Source of the DNA: an uncultured Rickettsiales bacterium
GTDB lineage: Bacteria; Myxococcota_A; UBA796; UBA9615
Direction of reading: 5' to 3'
Length of the DNA: 64,000 bases
NCBI GenBank assembly: GCA_964416435.1
Contig: CAYQEG010000008.1
Coordinates: 7,120 to 71,119 of the forward strand
Shown here: positions 18,542 through 27,388 of the stretch, piece after piece
How the letters are laid out: each line of letters begins with the position of its first letter
Numbering within the stretch: position 1 is the first letter of the stretch
The notes under the pieces: generated by a model
Seen by the model: the letters and a program-made list of their open reading frames with translations, nothing else
Told to the model about the DNA's origin: nothing
The model's database searches: none
Position numbers and translations under genes: made by a program

Positions 18542-19216
18542 CTAGCGCCGTCCCATTCCCTTGAGATCACGCTCCCGAAGCTGCTGGTAGCAGCGCCGGC
18601 AGCGCCCATCGAGCAGGTGCACGTAGTCCTTGAGATAGACCGCGTGACACACCGAAGTGATGTTCAGCCGGTTGTGGCAGACCACGTACTGGTCGTGCTC
18701 TCGGTTGACGACCTGGTTGGTCAGCAGACAGACCAGGTCCTCCGGCTCCGTGGAGTAGTCGATGTCCTCCTCTTCGGACTCCTGCAGGTCCTCGTCCTCG
18801 TCGATGTCTTCCTGCTCGGTCTGCACGTAGTGCTTCAGGCTCAGCGCGCCGAGCAGGGCGCCGAACACGCCGCCCACCAGGCCCAGCGCGAGCGGCAGCA
18901 CGTCCAGCTTGAAGTCACCCTCCCCCGGCACCGTCACCATGCCGGTGACCGTAGCGAGCCCGAACATCACCGCGAACACGACCGTGCCGATCGCGAAGGT
19001 CAGGAACATCCCGCCCATCTGGCGGCCCAGCAGCATCCGCACCGACGCCGACGACAGCGCGCCGATCGCCAGCGGGGGCGCCAGCGCCAGCCCGATCCAG
19101 GGGGTCCCGTCCCGGTACTGCACCACGCCCCAGGCGATGGTGAACAGCACGAGCACGAACAACGTGGGCAGGACGTCGCCGATGCTGCCCATGCCCTCTT
19201 CGTCGGACTTAGCCAC
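18542..19216 (-). CDS. 4-TM membrane protein with acidic linker and C-terminal Cys/His zinc-ribbon-like domain
   Basis: Four hydrophobic helices. DEDEDLQESEEEDIDYS linker. C-terminal C..CHNR..CH..C..C cluster. Overlaps the E1 gene stop by 8 nt. Confidence 0.6.
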   Translation of the reverse strand: MAKSDEEGMGSIGDVLPTLFVLVLFTIAWGVVQYRDGTPWIGLALAPPLAIGALSSASVRMLLGRQMGGMFLTFAIGTVVFAVMFGLATVTGMVTVPGEGDFKLDVLPLALGLVGGVFGALLGALSLKHYVQTEQEDIDEDEDLQESEEEDIDYSTEPEDLVCLLTNQVVNREHDQYVVCHNRLNITSVCHAVYLKDYVHLLDGRCRRCYQQLRERDLKGMGRR

Positions 19217-20564
19217 CCATCACCTCTGCTTCATCGCCCGTCAGCTCGACCGCGACGCGCCCCTTGCCCCCGTACAGCAGGAAGATCTGCAGCTTCGGGA
19301 AGCCCAGTTCGCTCAACGGCCGGTCGATCAGCTTCTTGTCGAACACCCGCAGCGCCCGCTTGTAGTCGGGACGCGCTTCATTGTCGCAGTTGCGACAGGA
19401 GAGGTCCAAGTCGCGGGACCGCTGAGGCTTGAAGTACTCCTCGCGGTGGCCGCACTGGTGGCAGTACAGCTCCGTCACCAGGTCGTAGCCGATGCGCAGC
19501 GACACCTTGTTGACGTCGACCTCGAGCAGCTCGGCGCCTTTCTCGAGCAGCTGGCGCAGCGTGGTGCCGTCCGCCGTGAACTCCGGGACCTCCGCCACCT
19601 CGCCCCAGTGGTCGTGCCCCTCGCAGCCGTCGGTCCGGTTGCGGACCTGGGCCTCGAGGTAGGGCGAGCCGCCGCCGAAGTAGTACTGCACGCCGTGGGG
19701 CATCTCGAGCTGCGCGGGGGGCTCGTCCATGTGGACGTCGTGCAGCAGCTTGAGCGCCTCCTGGGCCATCATCGCGCCGCTCATCGCCGCCGCCAGCGGC
19801 GACGTCGGCTGACGCTGCATCTCGCGGATCGCCTCCGCGAGCGGAGCGCAGGACGGCGCGTACGGCAGGTGCTGCTGGTAGCGCATCGCCGCGTCCATCG
19901 TGCACTCGAAGCAGGCGCCCCCCGGCGGATCCCAGCAGGTCACGCGCCAGCTCAGCTCGCCGATGCCGGCGTCCAGCCAGGGCTTGCCCAGCGCCGCCGC
20001 GATCCGGTTGAAGCCGACCCGGGCGTCGATGCTGTCGACAACGCTGCAGAGCACGTCCATGCGCCGGAACACGCCCATGCCGATCTCGAACCGCACGTCC
20101 GCCGACATCGGACGCAGGTCCAGGTCGGGATCCATGTCCGCGAGCCGCTCCGCCGCCACCTCGACCTTCGCGCGGCCGATGTCCCGCGGGCGGAACAGGA
20201 CCGACTTGGCGAGGTTGCTGCGGTCGATGTCGTCGAAGTCGGCGAACCACAGGTGGCCCACGCCGAGCAGCGTCAGGTTCTTGAGCACCTCGTTGCCGAG
20301 GGCGCCCGCGCCGGCGCAGAAGACCCGCCCGTTGCGCACGATGTCCTCGCGGAAGTGCGCCATCAGCTTGTAGATCGCGAACCGGTCGGAGCTGTCGTAC
20401 TCCATGCGGCGACGCTGACGTTCGCCGAACGTCATGTCGGCGACGCCGTCCTCGTCCACCGACAGGTCGGCGAGGGGGTCGTCCTCGTCGGGGAGCTCGT
20501 TGCCGTCCTCGTCGTACGCGACGATGAAGACCTCGACCTCCTCTTCGTTCTCGGGCGTGCTCAC
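19209..20564 (-). CDS. E1-like (ThiF/MoeB/HesA family) adenylating enzyme with C-terminal zinc ribbon and Gly-Gly terminus
   Basis: Rossmann motif VFCAGAGALGNEVLKNL, then ..FADFDDIDRSNLAKS. CFEC and CHQC..CRNC Cys pairs. Final residues ..LTGDEAEVMGG. Confidence 0.85.
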   Translation of the reverse strand: MSTPENEEEVEVFIVAYDEDGNELPDEDDPLADLSVDEDGVADMTFGERQRRRMEYDSSDRFAIYKLMAHFREDIVRNGRVFCAGAGALGNEVLKNLTLLGVGHLWFADFDDIDRSNLAKSVLFRPRDIGRAKVEVAAERLADMDPDLDLRPMSADVRFEIGMGVFRRMDVLCSVVDSIDARVGFNRIAAALGKPWLDAGIGELSWRVTCWDPPGGACFECTMDAAMRYQQHLPYAPSCAPLAEAIREMQRQPTSPLAAAMSGAMMAQEALKLLHDVHMDEPPAQLEMPHGVQYYFGGGSPYLEAQVRNRTDGCEGHDHWGEVAEVPEFTADGTTLRQLLEKGAELLEVDVNKVSLRIGYDLVTELYCHQCGHREEYFKPQRSRDLDLSCRNCDNEARPDYKRALRVFDKKLIDRPLSELGFPKLQIFLLYGGKGRVAVELTGDEAEVMGG

Positions 20565-20573
20565 CGGTCTCTC

Positions 20574-21533
20574 CTACTCGGCGTCCAGCTCCTCGTAGTA
20601 GATGCCGCGGATGTTCTCACGGTCCTTGCCGGCGGCCTTGATGACGCCCTGGAGCGCCTTGCTCATCCAGTTGAGCCGCAGGTCGAACTTGTCCGACTTC
20701 GGGCGGTTCTCCTGGATCTTCTTGACCGCCTGCCAGCTGGTCTTGAAGTGCGGGAACAGCCCCTTGCGCACGCCCTCCTTGCGGAGCCCCACCAGGAAGC
20801 GCTGCTCGCGCTCCATCAGGCGGGTGAACATGTCGCAGAGCGCCTCCTCGCTGACGCCGGCGCTCAGCAGGTTCGCCTCGGTGCCGATCAGCGTCTGCAG
20901 GAACAGGTGCGCCCGCACGTCGGCGACCGGCTTCTGCTCGACCAGGTAGGCCTTCATCGTCAGCTCGATCGACGCGTCGACGTACTCGCTGAGCTGGCGG
21001 CGCAGGTTGCCCAGGTCCTCCGGCTCGGGACGACGGGCGAGCTGCACGTAGCGCAGGTCGACGCCGCCGGTGACCTTCTGGCCGTCGGCGACCCGGATCC
21101 GGCCGATCTCGACGCCCGCCCGGATCTCCTTGTCGTTGAAGGAGATCTCGAACGACTCGACCGTGCGGGTCTCCTGCCGTTCGGTGCTGTTGTAGGCCTG
21201 ACGCTTGCTGTCGGAGTCGTCGAACTCCTTGTACGTCAGGAAGATCATGTACTTGCCGGGGGTGTCCGGCACCGGCGCCGAGCGCGCCCCCTCGGGCACC
21301 ACCACGTCGTTGCCGTTGGGGTCGATGGCGTACCCCTCGGTCACCTCGATGCAGTCGCCCTGGGCCGTCTGCACGACGTCCGGCTTGAGCCCGAACACCA
21401 CCCCCGAGCCCGCGACGAACTGGTTGCTCAGCCGCCGCTTCCACAGGAAGTAGGACTGCTCGTCCCGCAGGTCGACGTCCGACAGGCACATCCCCTCGAA
21501 GGGGCGGAGCCGCTTGTTTTGAATCGCTTCCAT
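20574..21533 (-). CDS. hypothetical protein in baseplate operon (319 aa)
   Basis: Between the P2-I-like gene and the E1 gene with 9-16 nt gaps. No recognised motif. Possibly a wedge/fiber-attachment component by position. Confidence 0.5.
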   Translation of the reverse strand: MEAIQNKRLRPFEGMCLSDVDLRDEQSYFLWKRRLSNQFVAGSGVVFGLKPDVVQTAQGDCIEVTEGYAIDPNGNDVVVPEGARSAPVPDTPGKYMIFLTYKEFDDSDSKRQAYNSTERQETRTVESFEISFNDKEIRAGVEIGRIRVADGQKVTGGVDLRYVQLARRPEPEDLGNLRRQLSEYVDASIELTMKAYLVEQKPVADVRAHLFLQTLIGTEANLLSAGVSEEALCDMFTRLMEREQRFLVGLRKEGVRKGLFPHFKTSWQAVKKIQENRPKSDKFDLRLNWMSKALQGVIKAAGKDRENIRGIYYEELDAE

Positions 21534-21549
21534 CAGGTTCCCCGTTCGC

Positions 21550-22602
21550 TCAGGCCAGCAGCACGGCTCGGCCGAGCGCCGCGTTCGGGCTGAGCTGCGC
21601 CGGATCGCACAGCACCAGTCCGTTGTGAATCACTTCTTCGTCCTTGAAGCAGATCACGAAGTCCAGGTGGGCCGGACGCTCGTTCTGCGCGACGCGCGCT
21701 ACGCGCTCGAGCAGCTCGGCGAGCCGGTCCCGGTACCGGGAGACCAGGGCCTCCCGGTCGTCCAGGACGATCGTGAAGTACTCCTCCCGCGAGAAACGCG
21801 GAGAGGTCAGCAGGTGCTCCCCTGCGTGGGTCACGTACGGCAGCGATCCGAGGGCCTTCTCGTCCTCGTCGTCGATCTCGCCGTCCTCCGTCGGAGGCCG
21901 TGACAGCGCGCAGTTGCCCAGCTCCATCGGCTGGGGGCCACGCCGGAGCACGATGTGCGTGTCCAGCCCGGTCAGCGTCTTGATCATCTCCGAGAGGCCG
22001 CGGGTCGTGCCGCGCCACCGGAACAGCTCGGTCGCCCGGCGCAGGAAGATGCGTCGGCGGGTGACCGGGATGCGCTCGTCGAGCGTGAAGTCCAGCCACG
22101 ACGCGAGCCACGGCAGGAACTTCGGGTCCATCTTGACCGGGTCGACGATCGCCGACCGGTCGGCCACCGCCGAGTCGGTCCGGTGGGCGAGCGTCTGGAA
22201 CACCAGCAGGTAGCGCCGAAGGAACTCCGCCTGGCCGACGCCGGCGCCGCCCTCGCGCTGGATGCCGCGGCTGTACAGCTGCGGCAGGTACTGCCCGTAG
22301 CCGGACGTGGCGACCAGCAGGCTCACCCGGTCGCGGGCCTCCAGCTGGGCGTAGTGCACCGCCTGGCCTTCCCGCTCGAAGCGGACCTCCCCCGTCTCGG
22401 GGGCGAGCTTGAGGATCGTCGGCGCGGTCAGCCCGCGGGGCCGGATCTTGACCCCGATGACCCGCCCTTCGAGGAGCCGTCGGACCTCCGGCACGTACTC
22501 GACGTCGCACTGGTTGCCCAGCGCGTGACGCACGATCGCCACCCCGGCCTGCGCGGGCAGGCCTTCGCGGAGGATCCGCTCCAGGGTGGCGAGCTGCTGC
22601 AT
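21550..22602 (-). CDS. phage tail protein I-like (gp7-like baseplate wedge) protein, tentative
   Basis: Directly abuts the Baseplate_J gene (stop/start adjacent). Size and position match P2 gpI/Afp12-like genes. Assignment rests on synteny rather than strong motifs. Confidence 0.45.
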   Translation of the reverse strand: MQQLATLERILREGLPAQAGVAIVRHALGNQCDVEYVPEVRRLLEGRVIGVKIRPRGLTAPTILKLAPETGEVRFEREGQAVHYAQLEARDRVSLLVATSGYGQYLPQLYSRGIQREGGAGVGQAEFLRRYLLVFQTLAHRTDSAVADRSAIVDPVKMDPKFLPWLASWLDFTLDERIPVTRRRIFLRRATELFRWRGTTRGLSEMIKTLTGLDTHIVLRRGPQPMELGNCALSRPPTEDGEIDDEDEKALGSLPYVTHAGEHLLTSPRFSREEYFTIVLDDREALVSRYRDRLAELLERVARVAQNERPAHLDFVICFKDEEVIHNGLVLCDPAQLSPNAALGRAVLLA

Positions 22603-25600
22603 CTAGTCGCTGTCCAGGTCCACGGCGCACTCGGGCCGCTCGCGGGTTCCGGCGAGCACGAACAGCTGTCCGGGTCGACCGTGACGCGGGAGGTCTCGGA
22701 CGTAGCCGGCCGGTGCACCCGGAGGCGGCGCCCGCATCACGCGGCACTCTTCGACGTGCCGGATCTCCGGGATCTCCTTGAGGATGTGCTGCAGGTCCTG
22801 CGCCCGCGGCACCTCGCCGAAGGGCCAGCCGGCGCCGTCGACGCCGCCGGTGAACGGATCCAGGAACCGCGCGATCCAGGCCTCCGCCCGCTCACGCACG
22901 CCCGAGGGGTTCGTGCGCGGGATGAGCAGGCAGCGCATGTCGACCGTCACCGGCACGAGCTGCGCCATCTGCACCCGCACCTCGGTGTTGATCAGCGCCC
23001 GCTCCTGCACGTACTCCTGCACGACGCGGAGCAGGCCGATCTCCTCGGCGTCGGGGATCTCGCCCGTCTTCTGGTCGCGCTTGGGCAGCACCGTCAGCCG
23101 CACCACCCACGGGTCGTCGCCCGGGTCCTTGTAGGCGTGGCAGCGCGCCAGGGTGCCCGACGCCTCCTTGGCGATGACCTCGAAGTCCTCGGTGGTCACC
23201 GCGCGGGTGCGCCCGGTCAGGGCCTTGGGGGCCCGCTTGATCAGGTCGTCGATCGACTCGACGTCCCGCCCGCCGGTGGACGCGAACGGGTTGCTCACGC
23301 GGACCTGGGAGCCGTACGTCGGGCACACCGCGATGGTCGTCGCCGGCACGTTGCCGGCCGACCCGTCGGTGGTGAAGTAGTGACCCACGACCAGGTTGTG
23401 GGTGCCCGCCTTCGGGATCGCGCCGTGCACGCCGTCCCCGAACCGGACCACCCCGCGGACCGGGTCCACCGCGTAGACGCGGTCGTTGCGATCGGCGTCG
23501 CGCAGGTCGTCGTCCAGGCTGAACTCCCAGATCCTCTGGGAGTCACCCTCGCTGACGTCCACCTCGACGAACGACTCCTTGTGGAGGTCCTCCGGAAGCG
23601 ACGCCAGCAGGTCGGCCGACGGAACCACCGCCGGCTGGTGCAGCAGCTGCACCTCCTGGTTGGGGATGCCGTAGGCGCTGAACTTCTCCAGCTCGCGCCG
23701 CTGCAGGTTGCTCACCTCGGCCGCGTTGAGCAGGACGTGGGTCAGCCGCGGGTAGCGGATGGGTCCCCAGGTGCCGTCAGCCCGCTTGACCGCGTCCGGC
23801 AGCTTGCACCGCAGCCAGCGCACGTTGCCGCCGCGCCCCTCGCCTCGCGCCGGGATCACGACGCGCAGGAAGCCCGAGCCGCGGAAGTCGAACGTCGTCG
23901 GGAGCGACCGCAGCTGCAGCCAGCGCTCACCGTCCAGGTACTCCCAGGTCGCGTTGCGCTCCGCCCCCTTGAGCGGCTCACCGGTCATCCGGAAGTAGAT
24001 CGACACCTCCTCGCCCACCGGCAGCGGCCGGTCGACGCACAGGTAGATCGAGCGCCCGGAGCGGTTGGTCTCCACCGGAGCGATCCAGGGGAAGCGCGTC
24101 GCCTTCTTGGAGGTCAGCGAGCGGCTGACGAGCGGGCGGATCGAGGTGAACCGCGGGTTGTTGCGGTTCAGGTTGACCCCGAGGGCCTCGAAGTCGTGCA
24201 GGACGTGGCGGTACCAGTCCTCGCCCTCGACGACCTTCTTGCGGCGCTTGCCGCCGCCCCGGTGCTGGATCCGGATGCCGAAGATCTGGGGGTGGTAGTG
24301 CAGGTCGCGCTTCACGAAGATCCCGGTCGCGCCCGGGGTCTTCGGCTTCGCCCCCTTCTTGGTCTCCTCAGGCGGCGCCTCGCGCGTCTCACCGACGTTG
24401 ACCTCGACCTGGTCGGTCAGGTCGCAGTTCACCAGCACCAGCCGCAGCCAGTACGTCTCGGTGCCCTGGAGCGCCACCTGGGCGATCCCCTTGAACTGCT
24501 TGGCCGGCTGCAGGCTCATGCGCACCGTGAAGAACTGGTCCTCCTCGCTGAACGATGGCTGCATGTGGGAGAAGCAGAACTCGGTGAACGCCTTGCCCTC
24601 GTCGTCCTCGAGCTTGACGTCACGCCAGCGGGACTTGGCGCGGTACTGCAGCTTGAAGCTGTACCGGTCGAGGTCGTCCTCGAGTCCCCACTCGCCCGCG
24701 CGCGGGAACTTGTAGTTCTTGAAGAAGTAGCTGAACTCGACGCCGATGCGCTCGACCGTGTCCTCGAACACGTCGGCGCCCAGGTACAGCGCGTGGTTCT
24801 CCGCCGGGGCGATGCTGAACTCGCTGTTGGAGTACGGCTCGACCGGCGGGCTCTCCAGGCTGGTCCGCTCCAGCCGGTTGATGTCCGGCCCCTTGAGCAG
24901 GTCGACGCGGATCTGCCGCTCCAGCGACACCACCAGCTCGCCTTCGTCGGTCAGCGCGGCGATGTCGACGGCGCGGATGCGGGTCGTCTGGAAGCGGGCC
25001 GGGGTGGCGCAGTCGGCGGGCAGCGGCCCGTGGATCCAGGCGTCGAGGCCGCGGATCTGCAGGTTGCGCTCGGGCAGCTCGGCCCAGCGGCCGTCCTCTG
25101 TGAAGTAGAACCACTGCTGGCCCGGCACGTAGGTCGGCGCGACGCGCAGCGACAGGCGCGGGAAGCGGATGATGAACGCTTCCTTGCGGCCGGGGCGGAT
25201 CGGCTCGCTGAACCGGAACTCCATGGTGTTCGGCCCGGTGGCCGAGACCAGCAGCTCCATCGGGTGGCTGTCGCCGCGGCGGGGGCGGAAGCGGCCCTTG
25301 GGGTGCTCGCGGATCAGCTCCAGGTAGTACTTCTCGAACTCCAGCGCGCCGCGGACCCAGTACTTCGCCAGGTTGCGGCCGCCGTCGGTGACCAGCTCGG
25401 TCTCCTTGTCGTCCCAGTCGGCGATGGGGGCCTGCGGCTCCAGGCCCGCCGCGAGCAGGTTGCGGCTGTCCGGCCAGGCGACCCACTCGTCTCCCACCCG
25501 GTGCTCCCAGCGGAAGAACTTCTGCAGGTCGAACAGCTTCCCCTGCTCGTTCCCCTTGAGCTCCACGTGCAGCGTCACCTGGTCGTCGGTGTGCAGCCGC

Positions 25601-26226
25601 TCGATCAGGTTGTGACCCAGGTACAGGAACTGGTCGTAGATGTTGGCGGACAGGTTGTTCCGGTCGGGATCCGGCTCCAGCAGCGGCACGCCGGCCGTCT
25701 CCCCCGCCGCCTCGCCCAGCTCGTAGACCGGGGGATGCTCGGGGTCGTCGTCGATGATCCGCTCGATCGCCAGGACCTCGCGGTTGTCCTCGGACTCGCC
25801 CTCGATCTTCAGGCCGATGATCCGCTCCAGGCGGGGCCCGCAGACCGTCAGGTCACGCACGGTGATGAAGCGGACCTCGTCGACGTCCTCGGTCTGCTGG
25901 GTCGCCACCTCGGTCAGCTTGGGCACCCGCACCGGTCCCGAGGAGTCGTTGATCTTCTGGAACGAGACCAACGTCGAGCTGGGCAGGGCCGAGCCCTGGC
26001 GCTCGCCGATGAAGTTGAGGAAGTGGATGTAGGTCGCGTCGGGGACGCGGTTGAGCCGGTAGATGACCATCTCGGTCATCCACGCGAACAGCTGGACCAG
26101 GGTGATGCCCGGGTCTGAGTCGTTGAAGTTGGTCCACTCGGGGCAGTAGACCGGGATCAGCTGCTTGGCGCGTTCGACGATCTCGGCGTAGCTGAGGTCG
26201 TCCAGGTTGGGCGCATCAATCGGCAC
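22603..26226 (-). CDS. Baseplate_J (P2 gpJ / T4 gp6-like) baseplate wedge protein, extended 1207 aa
   Basis: N-terminal signature ..YAEIVERAKQLIPVYCPEWTNFNDSDPGITLVQLFAWMTEMVIYRLNRVPD is characteristic of the Baseplate_J family in P2-like phages, Afp and PVC-type contractile systems. Overlaps the gp25 gene by 11 nt. Confidence 0.85.
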   Translation of the reverse strand: MPIDAPNLDDLSYAEIVERAKQLIPVYCPEWTNFNDSDPGITLVQLFAWMTEMVIYRLNRVPDATYIHFLNFIGERQGSALPSSTLVSFQKINDSSGPVRVPKLTEVATQQTEDVDEVRFITVRDLTVCGPRLERIIGLKIEGESEDNREVLAIERIIDDDPEHPPVYELGEAAGETAGVPLLEPDPDRNNLSANIYDQFLYLGHNLIERLHTDDQVTLHVELKGNEQGKLFDLQKFFRWEHRVGDEWVAWPDSRNLLAAGLEPQAPIADWDDKETELVTDGGRNLAKYWVRGALEFEKYYLELIREHPKGRFRPRRGDSHPMELLVSATGPNTMEFRFSEPIRPGRKEAFIIRFPRLSLRVAPTYVPGQQWFYFTEDGRWAELPERNLQIRGLDAWIHGPLPADCATPARFQTTRIRAVDIAALTDEGELVVSLERQIRVDLLKGPDINRLERTSLESPPVEPYSNSEFSIAPAENHALYLGADVFEDTVERIGVEFSYFFKNYKFPRAGEWGLEDDLDRYSFKLQYRAKSRWRDVKLEDDEGKAFTEFCFSHMQPSFSEEDQFFTVRMSLQPAKQFKGIAQVALQGTETYWLRLVLVNCDLTDQVEVNVGETREAPPEETKKGAKPKTPGATGIFVKRDLHYHPQIFGIRIQHRGGGKRRKKVVEGEDWYRHVLHDFEALGVNLNRNNPRFTSIRPLVSRSLTSKKATRFPWIAPVETNRSGRSIYLCVDRPLPVGEEVSIYFRMTGEPLKGAERNATWEYLDGERWLQLRSLPTTFDFRGSGFLRVVIPARGEGRGGNVRWLRCKLPDAVKRADGTWGPIRYPRLTHVLLNAAEVSNLQRRELEKFSAYGIPNQEVQLLHQPAVVPSADLLASLPEDLHKESFVEVDVSEGDSQRIWEFSLDDDLRDADRNDRVYAVDPVRGVVRFGDGVHGAIPKAGTHNLVVGHYFTTDGSAGNVPATTIAVCPTYGSQVRVSNPFASTGGRDVESIDDLIKRAPKALTGRTRAVTTEDFEVIAKEASGTLARCHAYKDPGDDPWVVRLTVLPKRDQKTGEIPDAEEIGLLRVVQEYVQERALINTEVRVQMAQLVPVTVDMRCLLIPRTNPSGVRERAEAWIARFLDPFTGGVDGAGWPFGEVPRAQDLQHILKEIPEIRHVEECRVMRAPPPGAPAGYVRDLPRHGRPGQLFVLAGTRERPECAVDLDSD

Positions 26227-26623
26227 CGATGAACTCCTGCAGCTGGACCAGGTGGACCAGGTTCTGGTGGTTGTTCGACTTGCGGACCGTGTAGCCGATG
26301 TGGAGGCGAATCTGGTTCGGGTTGTCCCGATCCGGCCTGGCGACCACTTCGTCGACGTCGATCCGCGGCTCCCACTTGGCCAGCGCCGCCCGAACCATCG
26401 ATTCGGACTGGTGACGCGTGCCGGCGGAGTTGGTGGAGAAGATCAGGTCCTGCAACGGACAGCCGAACTCGGGGAGCATCTGCCGCTCGCCCGGCTGGGT
26501 GTTGAGGATGATGTGGATGCACTCCGCGATGTTCCGCTCGTACTCGGACAGGTAGACACCACCCCCGTCGTCACGCGGACGAACAGGAAACGACCACCCT
26601 CGGCCGAGGTACTCGCGACTCAC
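26216..26623 (-). CDS. GPW/gp25-like baseplate wedge protein
   Basis: MSREYLGRGWSFPVRP..SEYERNIAECIHIILNTQPGERQMLPEFGCPLQDLIF is the gp25/GPW family signature. Confidence 0.85.
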   Translation of the reverse strand: MSREYLGRGWSFPVRPRDDGGGVYLSEYERNIAECIHIILNTQPGERQMLPEFGCPLQDLIFSTNSAGTRHQSESMVRAALAKWEPRIDVDEVVARPDRDNPNQIRLHIGYTVRKSNNHQNLVHLVQLQEFIGAD

Positions 26624-26889
26624 AGACCCCCTCCATTCGAGGCCCTATTTGGCCCCTCGCCCGTCCAGGACTCGGGGTGATTCAGCGGATGCAACCGATG
26701 GAGCGGATGGGGGTCCGTCCAGGACCCCCAGGTGCTGTTCCGGCGTCGCCGGTCGAGCGCCCCTCCGTCCTCCCCCGCGCACGGGGATGGGGATTCTCCG
26801 TCATGCGGCCATCGGGTGCAAGCCGACCGAAGCGACCGCTGAGTGGCACAGGGCGTGCAAGCCCCGCAGGCACAGGTCAGGGAGCCCCG
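26624..26889. promoter_or_regulatory. divergent promoter region between baseplate-Ubl operon and hemerythrin-like gene
   Basis: 266-bp gap between the first gene of the minus-strand operon (gp25) and the plus-strand hemerythrin-like gene. Confidence 0.3.
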
Positions 26890-27312
26890 ATGCACATCAA
26901 CTCGACCAGTCCCCCGAGCGAAGAGCGCTCCGCCCGAGAGCGGATCGCAGCCGACCACCGCGAGGTGCTGGGCTTGCTCAAGCAGCTGGAGACCCACACC
27001 CAGCCGTCCGGGATTCGGGAGATCGCCTACGAGTTGACCACCCTGCTCGACCGCCACTTCAAGGACGAAGAAGGCGTGTACGGCGTATTCGCCCAGATCG
27101 AAGAGGCCCGGCCGGACCTGCAGGGGCAGGTCTCCCGCCTGCGGGATCAACACCGGGCGATCGAGGAGTTGATCGGCACCATCCGCTTCGACGACGACGC
27201 CCACGCGCTCAGCGATCGGGACCGCGTCGTGCAGATGATCCGTGAACACGAGGCGGCTGAGACCGAGCTGCTCACCGAGGCCATCTACGAAGACCTGGGC
27301 GTCGGCGACTGA
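26890..27312 (+). CDS. hemerythrin-like (HHE cation-binding) domain protein
   Basis: MHINSTSPP.. preceded by RBS GGGAG. Four H/E-containing helices (DHREVLGLL, LDRHFKDEE, LRDQHRAIEEL, REHEAAETELL) typical of the hemerythrin HHE domain. The ORF-track start at 26677 was rejected. Confidence 0.6.
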   Translation: MHINSTSPPSEERSARERIAADHREVLGLLKQLETHTQPSGIREIAYELTTLLDRHFKDEEGVYGVFAQIEEARPDLQGQVSRLRDQHRAIEELIGTIRFDDDAHALSDRDRVVQMIREHEAAETELLTEAIYEDLGVGD

Positions 27313-27388
27313 CCCAGCGAGGCTGTGTGAAATCGCACAGTCCGTGCCGGATCCCACACGAACGAACAGACCAGGACCGGAGGAGTTT

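Noticed and set aside
21955-26118. 1387-aa plus-strand ORF
   Set aside because: Antisense to the Baseplate_J gene, which carries an unmistakable family signature. Reverse-frame artefact.
17504-27312. Complete prophage or complete extracellular contractile injection system
   Set aside because: Only gp25/J/I-type wedge genes are present. No sheath, tube, spike, PAAR, tape measure, ATPase, capsid, portal, terminase or integrase lies within the window. Flanks are housekeeping or energy genes.
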